Shown here piece by piece: positions 8,291-17,378 of a DNA stretch of 64,000 nt. The stretch lies in the NCBI GenBank assembly GCA_963719515.1, contig CAVRCJ010000011.1:64001-128000 (forward strand). Direction: 5' to 3'. The translations under genes were made by a program, and so were the position numbers. Each line of letters starts with the position of its first letter. The stretch's first letter is position 1. This DNA is from an uncultured cyanobacterium (lineage in GTDB: Bacteria; Cyanobacteriota; Cyanobacteriia; CAKZMO01). A model generated the notes under the pieces. The model did not search any database. It had not been told where the DNA came from and worked only from the letters and a program-made list of their open reading frames with translations.

Positions 8291-8980
8291 ATGCACATTC
8301 CCGACGGAATTTTGCCCGCTCAAGTTTGCGCTGCTGGTTATGCGATCGCCGCTCCTGTGACCTGGTATTCTCTGCGAAAAATCAACCGCCAGCCTGATCC
8401 GACCGCAGGCATTCCCAAGGCCTCACTGCTAACCGCCGCTTTTTTTGTCGCCTCCTCAATCCACATTCCTCTCCCTCCCACCAGCGTCCACCTAGTCTTC
8501 AACGGCCTGCTAGGAGCGGTGCTGGGGTACTATGCCTTTCCCGCGATTCTAGTAGGTCTGTTTTTTCAGGCGGTGATGCTGGGCCACGGGGGCCTCACCA
8601 CCTTGGGGGTTGACGCCGTGATGATGGGGGTCCCGGCCCTAGTGGCCTATCAGCTGTTCACCTTGAGGCACCGGCTGCGGCGCTCCCTCGGCGATCGCCT
8701 CTCTGACGGCGTTTGCGGCTTTCTGGCGGGGTCGGTGGGATTGGGGCTTGCGGCCCTAATTTTCTTTGGGCTCATCGTGACGACGCTCCCGGCTGAATTT
8801 AATACTCTTACCGAGCGGCAGGCCATCTATGGGCTCACCATTGCTCACCTGCCCCTAGCGCTAATTGAGGGAAGCTTCACGGCCATGCTGGTGCTGTTTT
8901 TGCAGCGCGCCAAGCCGGAAATGCTCCAGGATTATCGACCTTCCCCCAAGTGTGACTTGAGGTCGTGGGTGACCAAGTAG
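8291..8980 (+). CDS. cbiM: Co/Ni ECF transporter substrate component CbiM
   Basis: Diagnostic N-terminus MHIPDG at ATG 8291; TSVHL, GHGGLTTLG. Confidence 0.92.
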   Translation: MHIPDGILPAQVCAAGYAIAAPVTWYSLRKINRQPDPTAGIPKASLLTAAFFVASSIHIPLPPTSVHLVFNGLLGAVLGYYAFPAILVGLFFQAVMLGHGGLTTLGVDAVMMGVPALVAYQLFTLRHRLRRSLGDRLSDGVCGFLAGSVGLGLAALIFFGLIVTTLPAEFNTLTERQAIYGLTIAHLPLALIEGSFTAMLVLFLQRAKPEMLQDYRPSPKCDLRSWVTK

Positions 8981-9047
8981 GCGCTCAGCATGCGGTGTCC
9001 CACACCCTCCCTACTTCACCCTTGGCCAATTCATCAACGCGATCGCA

Positions 9048-9917
9048 ATGCAAATTCAGATTGACGAATATGCCCATCTCGACTCTTGGATTCATCGCTG
9101 GGATCCTCGCTACAAGCTGGTGGCGATCGCCTGCCTGATTTTTGCCTTTGCCTGGGTCGAGAGCCTGTGGCTGCTGCCGCTCATGGTTGTGATTACCGTA
9201 GGGCTATACGGAAGTTCGCGTCTGCCGGTATCGTTTTTGCGGCAGCGGCTGCGCTATCCCGGCATTTTCCTGCTGGGAATTGTGGTGCTGCTGCCTTGGC
9301 AGGCGGGGGAGACCGTGCTGTGGCAGTGGGGCGTTCTGGCGCTGCGGCAGGAGGGGCTAATGGCAATGGTGCTGATTGCCTGCCGCTTTCTCTGCATCAT
9401 CACCGCAGGGCTAGTGCTGTTGGGCAGCATGTCTTTTTTAACCACCATCAGAACAATGCGCGCCTTGGGTCTCCCGAGGGTGCTGTCAGATATGACCCTG
9501 CTCACCTACCGCTACCTGTTCGAGGTCACCGACAATCTGCGGACCATGCAGCGGGCCATGCGGCTGCGGGGATTTGCCCTAGGACATCAGGCCCAACCTG
9601 CCTCTGAGCGCGCCTCTAAACAGGCGCGAGGACACACCCACAGCCATGGCCCACAAGCCTCCCACCGCCGACTCCCCTCTTTGCGGGACATCAACCGGAT
9701 TGCGTCTTTGACCGGGACGCTGTTCATCCGCAGCTACGAACAGTCAGAGCGTATCTATAGCGCCATGAAGCTGCGGGGCTACGGTAGCCGCTACAAGCCT
9801 CAGCTTGCGGCTATGGCTCCCTCTACCACCGACCTGTCGCCTCGATGGAACGCGATCGCGACGGCGGCTACCATCACGGCGGCGGTGGCGCTCGTGGTGC
9901 TGGAGGTAGCGTTCTAA
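9048..9917 (+). CDS. cbiQ: ECF transporter T component CbiQ
   Basis: IHRWDPRYKL, LTYRYL, AMRLRGF, RSYEQSERIYSAMKLRGY. Confidence 0.9.
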   Translation: MQIQIDEYAHLDSWIHRWDPRYKLVAIACLIFAFAWVESLWLLPLMVVITVGLYGSSRLPVSFLRQRLRYPGIFLLGIVVLLPWQAGETVLWQWGVLALRQEGLMAMVLIACRFLCIITAGLVLLGSMSFLTTIRTMRALGLPRVLSDMTLLTYRYLFEVTDNLRTMQRAMRLRGFALGHQAQPASERASKQARGHTHSHGPQASHRRLPSLRDINRIASLTGTLFIRSYEQSERIYSAMKLRGYGSRYKPQLAAMAPSTTDLSPRWNAIATAATITAAVALVVLEVAF

Positions 9918-9977
9918 CCCCCCTTTTTCAGAATCCCTGTCGAAACCTGCTGTTGCCTTCACTACTCCATTGCATCT

Positions 9978-10781
9978 ATGACTCAGTCTGACTTCGCGGC
10001 CCCATCTGAATTTATCCCTCAGCCCCGGACGACGCCTACAGTGGCGATCGCGGCCCGTGACCTGTGGTTTTCCTACCCCGACCACACCCCCATCCTTAAG
10101 TCTCTCTCAGTGATGGTGGGTGCAGGGGAGCGCGTCGGGGTGATTGGTCCTAACGGGGCCGGAAAGACGACCTTTTTTATGTCGCTGTGCGGCATCTTGA
10201 CGCCGACCGGCGGGGACGTGACGCTCTTTGATAAGCCTGTTGAGCCCGGAATGTTTCGCCCCGAGGTTGGTCTGGTATTTCAAAACCCAAACGACCAGCT
10301 GTTTTGCGCCTCAGTGCGGGAGGACGTCGCCTTTGGCCCTGAGAATATGGGGCTAGCCCCCGATGAAGTCGCCCCTCGGGTTCACGACGCCCTGCGCATC
10401 ACCGGGATGTCAGACTACGTCGATCGCAGTCCCTATCACTTATCTGGTGGGGAGAAGCGGATGGTGGCGATCGCGGCGGTGCTGGCCATGCAGCCGCGAC
10501 TGGTAATCTACGATGAGCCCTCTGCCAGCTTAGACATGAGGGCGAGACGACGGCTGATTCAGTTCCTACAGCAGGCTCCTGAAACCATGCTGATCTCGTC
10601 CCACGACCTGGAGTTTTTGCTGGAGGTGTGCGATCGCGTCCTGCTGCTGGACGACGGGCAGATTATTGCTGATGGGGAGCCGCAGGAAATCATGGGGAAC
10701 GTGGAGCTGATGCTGGCCCATGGCCTTGAGAAGCCCCATTCCCTAGTGCCCCACGTAGATCCTCACCACGACTTACCGTGA
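9978..10781 (+). CDS. cbiO: ECF transporter ATPase CbiO
   Basis: GPNGAGKT, VFQNPNDQLF, LSGGEK, DEP, SHD. Confidence 0.92.
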   Translation: MTQSDFAAPSEFIPQPRTTPTVAIAARDLWFSYPDHTPILKSLSVMVGAGERVGVIGPNGAGKTTFFMSLCGILTPTGGDVTLFDKPVEPGMFRPEVGLVFQNPNDQLFCASVREDVAFGPENMGLAPDEVAPRVHDALRITGMSDYVDRSPYHLSGGEKRMVAIAAVLAMQPRLVIYDEPSASLDMRARRRLIQFLQQAPETMLISSHDLEFLLEVCDRVLLLDDGQIIADGEPQEIMGNVELMLAHGLEKPHSLVPHVDPHHDLP

Positions 10782-11168
10782 CCTTGTGTCTATCGGAAAG
10801 TGAATCGCGTTCGAGTTGGGGGGCTTATTCTCCTCGATTTGTTGGCGCGGGCTAGTGATGGTTTCGTCGAGCATAAAAATCAGCGTGGGCTCGTCTTCGA
10901 CCCTGATAGAATCGGGCTGAGCGTTGGGCAGCTGGAATGTCGAGGTCTGGGCGGGCTGAGTGACCAGAGCTTCGCTACCGGCGGGCAGCGGCGACTCTAG
11001 AGTCACGGTTTCGCCGGGCTCTGAGGCGACTGCGGCTGAGGCGATCGCGGCTGCGGCGATCGCAAGGGCGGTGGCTAGACCAACCCCTAGGGCGGGGACG
11101 GTCCGGATAGGCCAGCTTATAGAGGATTGAAGCGCGGGGGATTGAAGTGTGAGGCGCATGATCGTCAA
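10773..11168 (-). CDS. Hypothetical exported protein
   Basis: Ala-rich hydrophobic signal-like segment; no family recognised. Confidence 0.5.
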   Translation of the reverse strand: MTIMRLTLQSPALQSSISWPIRTVPALGVGLATALAIAAAAIASAAVASEPGETVTLESPLPAGSEALVTQPAQTSTFQLPNAQPDSIRVEDEPTLIFMLDETITSPRQQIEENKPPNSNAIHFPIDTRSR

Positions 11169-11502
11169 GGAGTGTAAGGTGTACAGCTCGAGGGGGCAAG
11201 CAAGAGGTTCACTGAACCTACTCTCAACGTAATTTGCTCGCCTTAACTACTGATGAGCGTAGAGTAAATTCTAGGGCTAGAGCATCATTCTTGAGCTGTA
11301 AATTTCTTCGGATGGTCACGAGCGGGCGCTGCTGACCTAAATCACAAGTTCTGTTGAGAGGGCGCGCTGCAGCCCCCCAATTTTGCTCCAGTGCTTTGAG
11401 ATATACTGCTGAAGGCAGCGCTCCTGCAAGGTGTTCTAGAGGGCGCAGCGCTTAACTTTAGAAATTCTTGCTCTAGATCTGCGGTTTCACCTCTCCAGTT
11501 CC

Positions 11503-12372
11503 ATGACTCCAGTCCAAAATATCTTGCACGCGCGCGCTCGTTTGGGTGAAGGTCCAGTTTGGAGCGCCCCCTCATCGCGCCTTTACTGGGTTGATATCTA
11601 CAACCACCGCGTCCACTGGCTGGATCTTGAAACGCAGAAGGCGCAGTTCTACGACGTGGGCTACACGGTAGGGGCGATCGCCACCACCACCGCCAACCGG
11701 CTGATTATGGCTCAGCAGCACCGTCTGGCGTTCCTAGATCCCCAGATGGGACGCATCGATCCTATTCGCGATATTGAGGCAGACCTGCCCCACAATCGCT
11801 TCAACGATGGCAAGTGCGATCCCGCTGGGCGCTTTTGGTTTGGCTCGATGTCGAGCATTGGCCCCCAGGGCAGCCTCTACCGCTACGACCCTGACGGTAC
11901 GCTGCACACCTTGGAAACTGGGCTGACGGTCTCCAACGGGCTGGGCTGGAGCCCCGACCAGCGGAAGTTTTACCTGGCCGACTCGCCGCTCCGGCAAATT
12001 TATGTCTATGACTACGACGTAGCGACGGGCGCGATCGCCAACCGCCGCGTCCATGTTGACCTGACGGCGGAGTCCTTTTTCCCCGATGGTTTAACGGTCG
12101 ACGCTGAGGGCTGCCTTTGGGTGGCGATGTGGGACGGCTGGTGCATCCAGCGATTCGACCCCGCCGGCACATTCATGGAAGCGGTGAATATGCCGGTGCA
12201 GCGGCCCACGTCCTGTACCTTCGGTGGCCCTGACCTAAAAACCCTCTACATCACGTCGGCTTCTGTTGGCCTCAGCGAAGCCGAAATTGAGCAGAGCTTC
12301 TTCTCCGGCGACCTGTTCGCTCTCCATACCGAGACACGGGGGCTCCCCACGTCGGCGTTCCAAGAACCGTGA
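11503..12372 (+). CDS. SMP-30/gluconolactonase/LRE family protein
   Basis: LGEGPVW, RFNDGKCDPAGRFW, SNGLGWSPD, PDGLTVDAEG. Confidence 0.93.
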   Translation: MTPVQNILHARARLGEGPVWSAPSSRLYWVDIYNHRVHWLDLETQKAQFYDVGYTVGAIATTTANRLIMAQQHRLAFLDPQMGRIDPIRDIEADLPHNRFNDGKCDPAGRFWFGSMSSIGPQGSLYRYDPDGTLHTLETGLTVSNGLGWSPDQRKFYLADSPLRQIYVYDYDVATGAIANRRVHVDLTAESFFPDGLTVDAEGCLWVAMWDGWCIQRFDPAGTFMEAVNMPVQRPTSCTFGGPDLKTLYITSASVGLSEAEIEQSFFSGDLFALHTETRGLPTSAFQEP

Positions 12373-13352
12373 GTCGGCGACACTCTAGCGCTGATCTCAC
12401 CCTATCGTCTCTCTTAGGCTTAGCGCTAATTGTCGTCGGCATCGGCTGGCTTCCAGCGGTTATGGAAGCTGTTCCTGATGACCGGGCTCCCGTTATGCTG
12501 GACGGCCAAGAGGTGTTGTTCCTAGAGGGAATCGACGGCTTTTCGGCCCAGAGGCGCGCCGACCTCGCCGGCAGCCTGCTGGCTGAAGCGGTGCAACAGA
12601 CCAGCGTAGACGCACCGCCGCTGTGGGTACAGATTTCCCAGCGCGATCGCCTTGTCACGCTCCGGCTCCGGGGCCGACATCTGCTCACCGTCACCGATGC
12701 TGACGCCGTGATGGGGGTGCGAAACCGGAAGCAGGCCGAGATTTGGGCCGGTAGTCTAGAGCCCCGCCATCAGCTGCAGGTGCGCAGCGACCTCTACTAC
12801 CTGCTAGAGGCCAACCTGCGGCGCTACGATATTGAGATCCCCTTCCCGCAGCGGGACATCCGTCTGCGATGGTCGAAGACCGGTCCCGAGGGACCATTGC
12901 CTCAGCTCGACGACATCAGGGCAGCGGCGCAGAAGGACTATAGCCTCCATGACCGCGACGCTTCCCTGGATGACGCCATCCCCACCGACCTGCTAGCTGA
13001 CCTATCGGATTTGGCCGACTGTACGCTGCTCATCCAGCAGCAGGAAAGCTTATCCGAGTCAGAGCTGCGCGAGCTATCCCGAGGAATGCATGGCGTCGTC
13101 GAGCGTCGCGATCGCCGCTACCGACTGCGGCTTTACCGAAACTGCTTCGTGGGCAGCGAGGCGGTGACCTGGCTCGCTCAAACCCAAAAAACCACCCGAG
13201 AGCAGGCGGTCACCATTGGCCAGCAGCTGGTGGAGAACTGCATCATTCACCCTATTGCCGACGAGCACCCGTTTATGGACGACTATTTCTTTTACCGATT
13301 CTACGAGGATTCCCGCAATGAGCCCCAGCGTAAGTCCCAGATTAAGTCCTAA
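12369..13352 (+). CDS. MscS-associated DEP-domain protein with an apparent in-frame deletion of the channel core
   Basis: N-terminal periplasmic segment (LLTVTDAD..AEIWA) joined directly to the MscS C-terminus (RSDL....IEIPFPQRD), then DEP (RDRRYRLRLYRNCFVGSEAVTWL...HPF.D..FFYRF). Confidence 0.7.
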   Translation: MSRRHSSADLTLSSLLGLALIVVGIGWLPAVMEAVPDDRAPVMLDGQEVLFLEGIDGFSAQRRADLAGSLLAEAVQQTSVDAPPLWVQISQRDRLVTLRLRGRHLLTVTDADAVMGVRNRKQAEIWAGSLEPRHQLQVRSDLYYLLEANLRRYDIEIPFPQRDIRLRWSKTGPEGPLPQLDDIRAAAQKDYSLHDRDASLDDAIPTDLLADLSDLADCTLLIQQQESLSESELRELSRGMHGVVERRDRRYRLRLYRNCFVGSEAVTWLAQTQKTTREQAVTIGQQLVENCIIHPIADEHPFMDDYFFYRFYEDSRNEPQRKSQIKS

Positions 13353-14118
13353 CCCCTCGCCCCCCGACCTGCTCGCCTTCGACTTTGACGGCGTGATTTG
13401 CGACGGCCTGGTGGAGTATTTTCAAACCGCTTGGCGGGCCTACTGCCGGGTGTGGTCCCCCCAGGACAAGACGCCGCCATCGGGTCTGGCAGAACGGTTT
13501 TATCCCCTACGCCCGGTGATTGAAACGGGGTGGGAAATGCCCGTGCTGCTGCGATCGCTTGTGCTAGGCACCGCTGAAGAGCAGATTTTGGCGGACTGGC
13601 CGGCGATCGCTCGGGGGCAGGTTGCCTCAGAGGGGCTAGAGGCCCAATCCCTAGCGGCGGCGCTCGACGGCGTCCGGGACGAGTGGATTCGCGAGGATTT
13701 GGACGACTGGCTCGCCCAGCATCGGTTTTACCCCGGCATGGTGGAGACGCTGGGGCGACTGCTCCAGTCTGATAGAACCCACGTTGTGATTATCACTACG
13801 AAAGAAGGCCGGTTTGCAAAGCAGCTGCTAGAGCGCTCTGGAGTGACGATGCCCGAGGCGCAAATCTTTGGCAAAGAGGTGAAGCGTCCCAAGTATGACA
13901 TCTTGAGAGATTTGATTGAGGAGCATCAGGCCCAGTCGGCGTGGTTTATTGAAGATCGGCTCAAAGCGCTGCTGGCCACGGCCCAGCAGTCTGATCTCCA
14001 GCAGGTGCGGCTGCTGCTGGCGGACTGGGGCTACAACACGGCGGCGGACCGACAGCAGGCAGCTGATCATCCAAAAGTTGAGCTAGTGTCATTACAAGAT
14101 TTCACGGCGGCCCTTTGA
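13318..14118 (+). CDS. HAD-family hydrolase
   Basis: FDFDGVICD, LRPVIETGWE, TTK, FIEDRL, LADWGYN. Confidence 0.9.
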   Translation: MSPSVSPRLSPNPSPPDLLAFDFDGVICDGLVEYFQTAWRAYCRVWSPQDKTPPSGLAERFYPLRPVIETGWEMPVLLRSLVLGTAEEQILADWPAIARGQVASEGLEAQSLAAALDGVRDEWIREDLDDWLAQHRFYPGMVETLGRLLQSDRTHVVIITTKEGRFAKQLLERSGVTMPEAQIFGKEVKRPKYDILRDLIEEHQAQSAWFIEDRLKALLATAQQSDLQQVRLLLADWGYNTAADRQQAADHPKVELVSLQDFTAAL

Positions 14119-14182
14119 CGATGCTCCCCACCATCACGCCCACCACCTTACAGGGGCCGCGATCGCACCATACATCACCCCC

Positions 14183-14950
14183 ATGCGCCTCACAACTGTC
14201 CTTTCGCTGTTAGCCCTCGGGGCAGGAGCGATCGCCTGCGCCGCATCCCCCGCTGACGACTCGCCCCAGCTAACGGTGGCGGCGGCAGCCAGCACCCAGG
14301 AGGTCATGCAGGCGATTCAGACCGCTTACCAAGCAGAAGCCCCCGTCGCTATCACCTACAGCTTTGGCTCATCCGGTTCTCTAGCCCAGCAAATTGCTCA
14401 AGGAGCTCCGGTAGACGTCTTTCTGTCGGCGTCGCCTCAGTGGATGGACGAGCTAGAAACTCAGGGTCTTGTCAAAGCGCCGCAGGCGCTGCTGCAAAAC
14501 GCCATGGTGCTAGTGACGCCCCTCGCGAAAGTCGGGGTCAGCAGCTTTGAAGACCTGGCCACCGACGCCGTTGCCAGAGTTGCCGTAGGCGAGCCGGAGA
14601 GCGTCCCGGCGGGGCGCTACGCCCGGGAGACCTTGACCGCCATGGCCCTGTGGGAGGCCCTGACGCCCAAGCTAGTGTTCGGTAAAAGCGCGCGGCAGGT
14701 TTTGGCCTATGTGGAGACGGGTAACGTAGACGCGGGGCTGGTGTACGCTACGGACGTGCTTGCGTCAGAGCAGGTTAAGGCGATCGCCACCGCGTCCGCA
14801 GAGACCCATTCTCCTATCGTCTATCCGGTGGCCGTGGTGGTCGGCTCGGGGGCGCGTCAGCCGGAGGTAGCCCAAGACTTTGTTGATTTTTTGGTCACTG
14901 AGGCTGCCGCCGATATCTTTCGCGCCCACGGCTTTGAGTTGGCCCATTAG
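14183..14950 (+). CDS. modA: Molybdate ABC transporter substrate-binding protein
   Basis: VAAAAS, FGSSGSLAQQI.QGAP.DVFLSA, VPAGRYA, DAGLVYATD. Confidence 0.92.
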   Translation: MRLTTVLSLLALGAGAIACAASPADDSPQLTVAAAASTQEVMQAIQTAYQAEAPVAITYSFGSSGSLAQQIAQGAPVDVFLSASPQWMDELETQGLVKAPQALLQNAMVLVTPLAKVGVSSFEDLATDAVARVAVGEPESVPAGRYARETLTAMALWEALTPKLVFGKSARQVLAYVETGNVDAGLVYATDVLASEQVKAIATASAETHSPIVYPVAVVVGSGARQPEVAQDFVDFLVTEAAADIFRAHGFELAH

Positions 14951-14979
14951 TAGAGAGCCGCTGTCTGGAGTAGAGCACT

Positions 14980-15708
14980 ATGCCATTTGAGCTAGAGACC
15001 ATCGTGCCTTGGGGCCGCTCTTTTGATGAATACTGCCAAATGTTCGGCCTCAGCGAATCAAACCTCAGCGAACCAAACCTCAGCGAACCGGAATCCCGTC
15101 GAATTTTGGGCTGCGGTGACGGCCCCGCTAGCTTTAACGCTGAGGCCACGCGGCGAGGATACTCGGTAACCTCTTGCGATCCGCTCTATCGCTTCTCTGC
15201 TGCCGACATTGAGGCGCGCATTCAGACCACCTATGACAAGGTGATGCAGCAGGTCACCGCCAACCAAGACGCCTACCGGTGGCAGACGCTGCGATCGCCT
15301 GCCCACCTGGGCGAGGTGCGGATGGCAGCGATGCGGGAATTTTTGGAGGACTACGAGAAGGGGAAGGCCCAAGGGCGCTACCTCGACGCACAGCTGCCCC
15401 AGCTGCCGTTTGGCCGTCAGTTTGATTTGGCCCTATCGTCTCACCTGCTGTTTACCTATACGGCGCAGCTCTCGGCGGAGTTCCATCTCGCGTCAATTCT
15501 AGAGCTGTGCCGCGTGGCGACAGAGGTGCGTATTTTTCCGCTGGTAGATTTGGCGGGCTGTGCTTCAGCCTATGTAGAGCCCATCACCTCAGCGCTTCAG
15601 CGTAGAGGGTACGCCGTAGCGCAGGTCGAGACGGCGTACGAGTTTCAAAAGGGCGCTCGTACCCTCATGCTCGTCTCGACATCGGGACAATCGGCAGCGT
15701 CTCCCTAG
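14980..15708 (+). CDS. SAM-dependent methyltransferase-like protein
   Basis: VPWGRSFDEY..MF, ILGCGDGPASFN, FDLALSSHLLF, YEFQKG. Confidence 0.8.
   Translation: MPFELETIVPWGRSFDEYCQMFGLSESNLSEPNLSEPESRRILGCGDGPASFNAEATRRGYSVTSCDPLYRFSAADIEARIQTTYDKVMQQVTANQDAYRWQTLRSPAHLGEVRMAAMREFLEDYEKGKAQGRYLDAQLPQLPFGRQFDLALSSHLLFTYTAQLSAEFHLASILELCRVATEVRIFPLVDLAGCASAYVEPITSALQRRGYAVAQVETAYEFQKGARTLMLVSTSGQSAASP
15048..15089 (+). repeat. 15-bp in-frame tandem repeat, about 3 copies
   Basis: CCTCAGCGAA(T/C)CAAA units encoding LSESN/LSEPN/LSEP. Confidence 0.8.
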
Positions 15709-15713
15709 CAGGG

Positions 15714-15746
15714 TACAGCAAATGTCCTGATGCATTGGGACATTTG
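15714..15746. repeat. 33-bp dispersed hairpin repeat, copy 1 (copy 2 at 45048-45080)
   Basis: TACAGCAAATGTCCTGATGCATTGGGACATTTG vs TATAGCAAAGGTCCTGATGCATTAGGACCTTTG. Confidence 0.75.
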
Positions 15747-15891
15747 ACTAGTGGCCGACACAACGTCACGCTTTCAGCCGATTCTGATGTCCTGAGCAGC
15801 TGAACCAACTCAATCTTAGATCGTCAGCTGTCGGAGCAGCGATCGCCCTGTGATCCCTATAGTGGTAGAGACTAGCTGGTTTTTCCCCACC

Positions 15892-17106
15892 ATGACCCCT
15901 ACTCCTGCGATCGCTTCTCTGACTTGGCCTGAGCTTGAGGCTTTGGCCAAAGACGTCAACCCCGACTCCGTCAACGGCCCCACCAACCCCCAAGCCCGCC
16001 TGCGGCTGTTTGGCCAAACCGAGGCCGACGTGCGGGTTACCCTCTATCGTGATAACCACGCTTGGTGCCCCTACTGCCAAAAGGTGTGGCTTTGGCTTGA
16101 AGAAAAGCGGGTGCCCTACCGCATCGAGAAGGTGACCATGTTTTGCTATGGCAATAAAGAGCGCTGGTACACCCAAAAAGTTCCTTCAGGGATGCTGCCC
16201 GCCCTAGAGCTAGATGGGCAGATGATTACTGAGAGCGACGTCATCTTGATGGCCTTAGAAGAGGCCTTTGGTCCTCTAGTCTTGGGCATGGAAGACCCCA
16301 AAGTGATGCCCCTCCGGCAGCTAGAGCGACAGCTGTTTCGCGCCTGGTGTAGCTGGCTCTGCTACCCAGCGCGGGGGCAGCAAGAGCAGCGTAACCGGCA
16401 GCAGTTTATCGCCGTCGCTAACGAGGTAGAAACCGCCCTTAGCCGCACGTCAGGCCCCTATTTTCTAGAGGACTTTAGCACCGCAGATGTGGTGTTTGTG
16501 CCCTACGTTGAGCGCATGAACGCCAGCCTTTACTACTACAAAGGCTACTCGCTGCGCGAAGAGCACCCCCAACTGCGGGACTGGTTCGATGGCCTAGAAA
16601 CCCGCCCTACCTATCGCGGCACCCAAAGCGACTTTCACACCCATGCCCACGACCTACCGCCCCAGATGGGGGGCTGCTACGAGAACGGCGAGCCCCAGAC
16701 GGTAGCGAGCAAGGCGCGGGTAGACCAAGGGCCATGGATGTCGCTGCCCGACGTAGCCTACCCTGAGCCGGAGACCTCCCGCGCTGAAGCCCTCTATCAG
16801 GTAATCAAGCACCGCGACAGTATTCTCCGCGCTAATCCGTCGGGGCAGAAATTTGACGAACCGCTGCGCTGCGCCTTAACCCGCCTAGCTACGGGAGAGT
16901 CTTGCACCCCTCCGCGCGGCTCAGACCGGGCGCTGAGATATCTGCGCGATCGCATCAACGTGCCTCGGGATATGTCAATTTACGCGGCAAAGCGGCTGCG
17001 AGAGGCGCTAGAAGAGACGGCAGCTTTGGTCGGCGATAGGCAAGGGGAGCCGATTCCGATGAAGCATCGGCGGGATCAAGATCCGGCCCGGTTCGCGATG
17101 CGATAA
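15892..17106 (+). CDS. Glutathione S-transferase family protein
   Basis: [27 protein letters not shown]. Start placed at ATG 15892. Confidence 0.9.
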   Translation: MTPTPAIASLTWPELEALAKDVNPDSVNGPTNPQARLRLFGQTEADVRVTLYRDNHAWCPYCQKVWLWLEEKRVPYRIEKVTMFCYGNKERWYTQKVPSGMLPALELDGQMITESDVILMALEEAFGPLVLGMEDPKVMPLRQLERQLFRAWCSWLCYPARGQQEQRNRQQFIAVANEVETALSRTSGPYFLEDFSTADVVFVPYVERMNASLYYYKGYSLREEHPQLRDWFDGLETRPTYRGTQSDFHTHAHDLPPQMGGCYENGEPQTVASKARVDQGPWMSLPDVAYPEPETSRAEALYQVIKHRDSILRANPSGQKFDEPLRCALTRLATGESCTPPRGSDRALRYLRDRINVPRDMSIYAAKRLREALEETAALVGDRQGEPIPMKHRRDQDPARFAMR

Positions 17107-17110
17107 ATAA

Positions 17111-17374
17111 GCTCTAATCGCTTCTCGAGCGGAAGACTTTGTTGCCCGTACGGGAGGCGATGAGTTTGCAGTCTTGTGTGTAGATTGTGACCTTGATACC
17201 GGGACAGAGACCGTCCGAAGTATTGAGACGGACCTGGGCCGGGCTGGCGTAAGCGCTAGCATCGGATTAGCCCTACGAAAGCCCCAGTTGGGCTTGTCTA
17301 AAGCTTGGGAAGAGGCAGAGGCAAACCTGTATTCTCACAAGCGGAGCAAGCGCGCTGCGCGATCGCTTCTGTAA
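17111..17374 (+). pseudogene. C-terminal fragment of a GGDEF diguanylate cyclase
   Basis: Reading in frame upstream of ORF 17174 gives RAEDFVARTGGDEFAVL...VSASIGLA...AE.NLY.HK. It follows a TAA at 17108-17110 with no N-terminal half. Confidence 0.8.
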
Positions 17375-17378
17375 GGCG

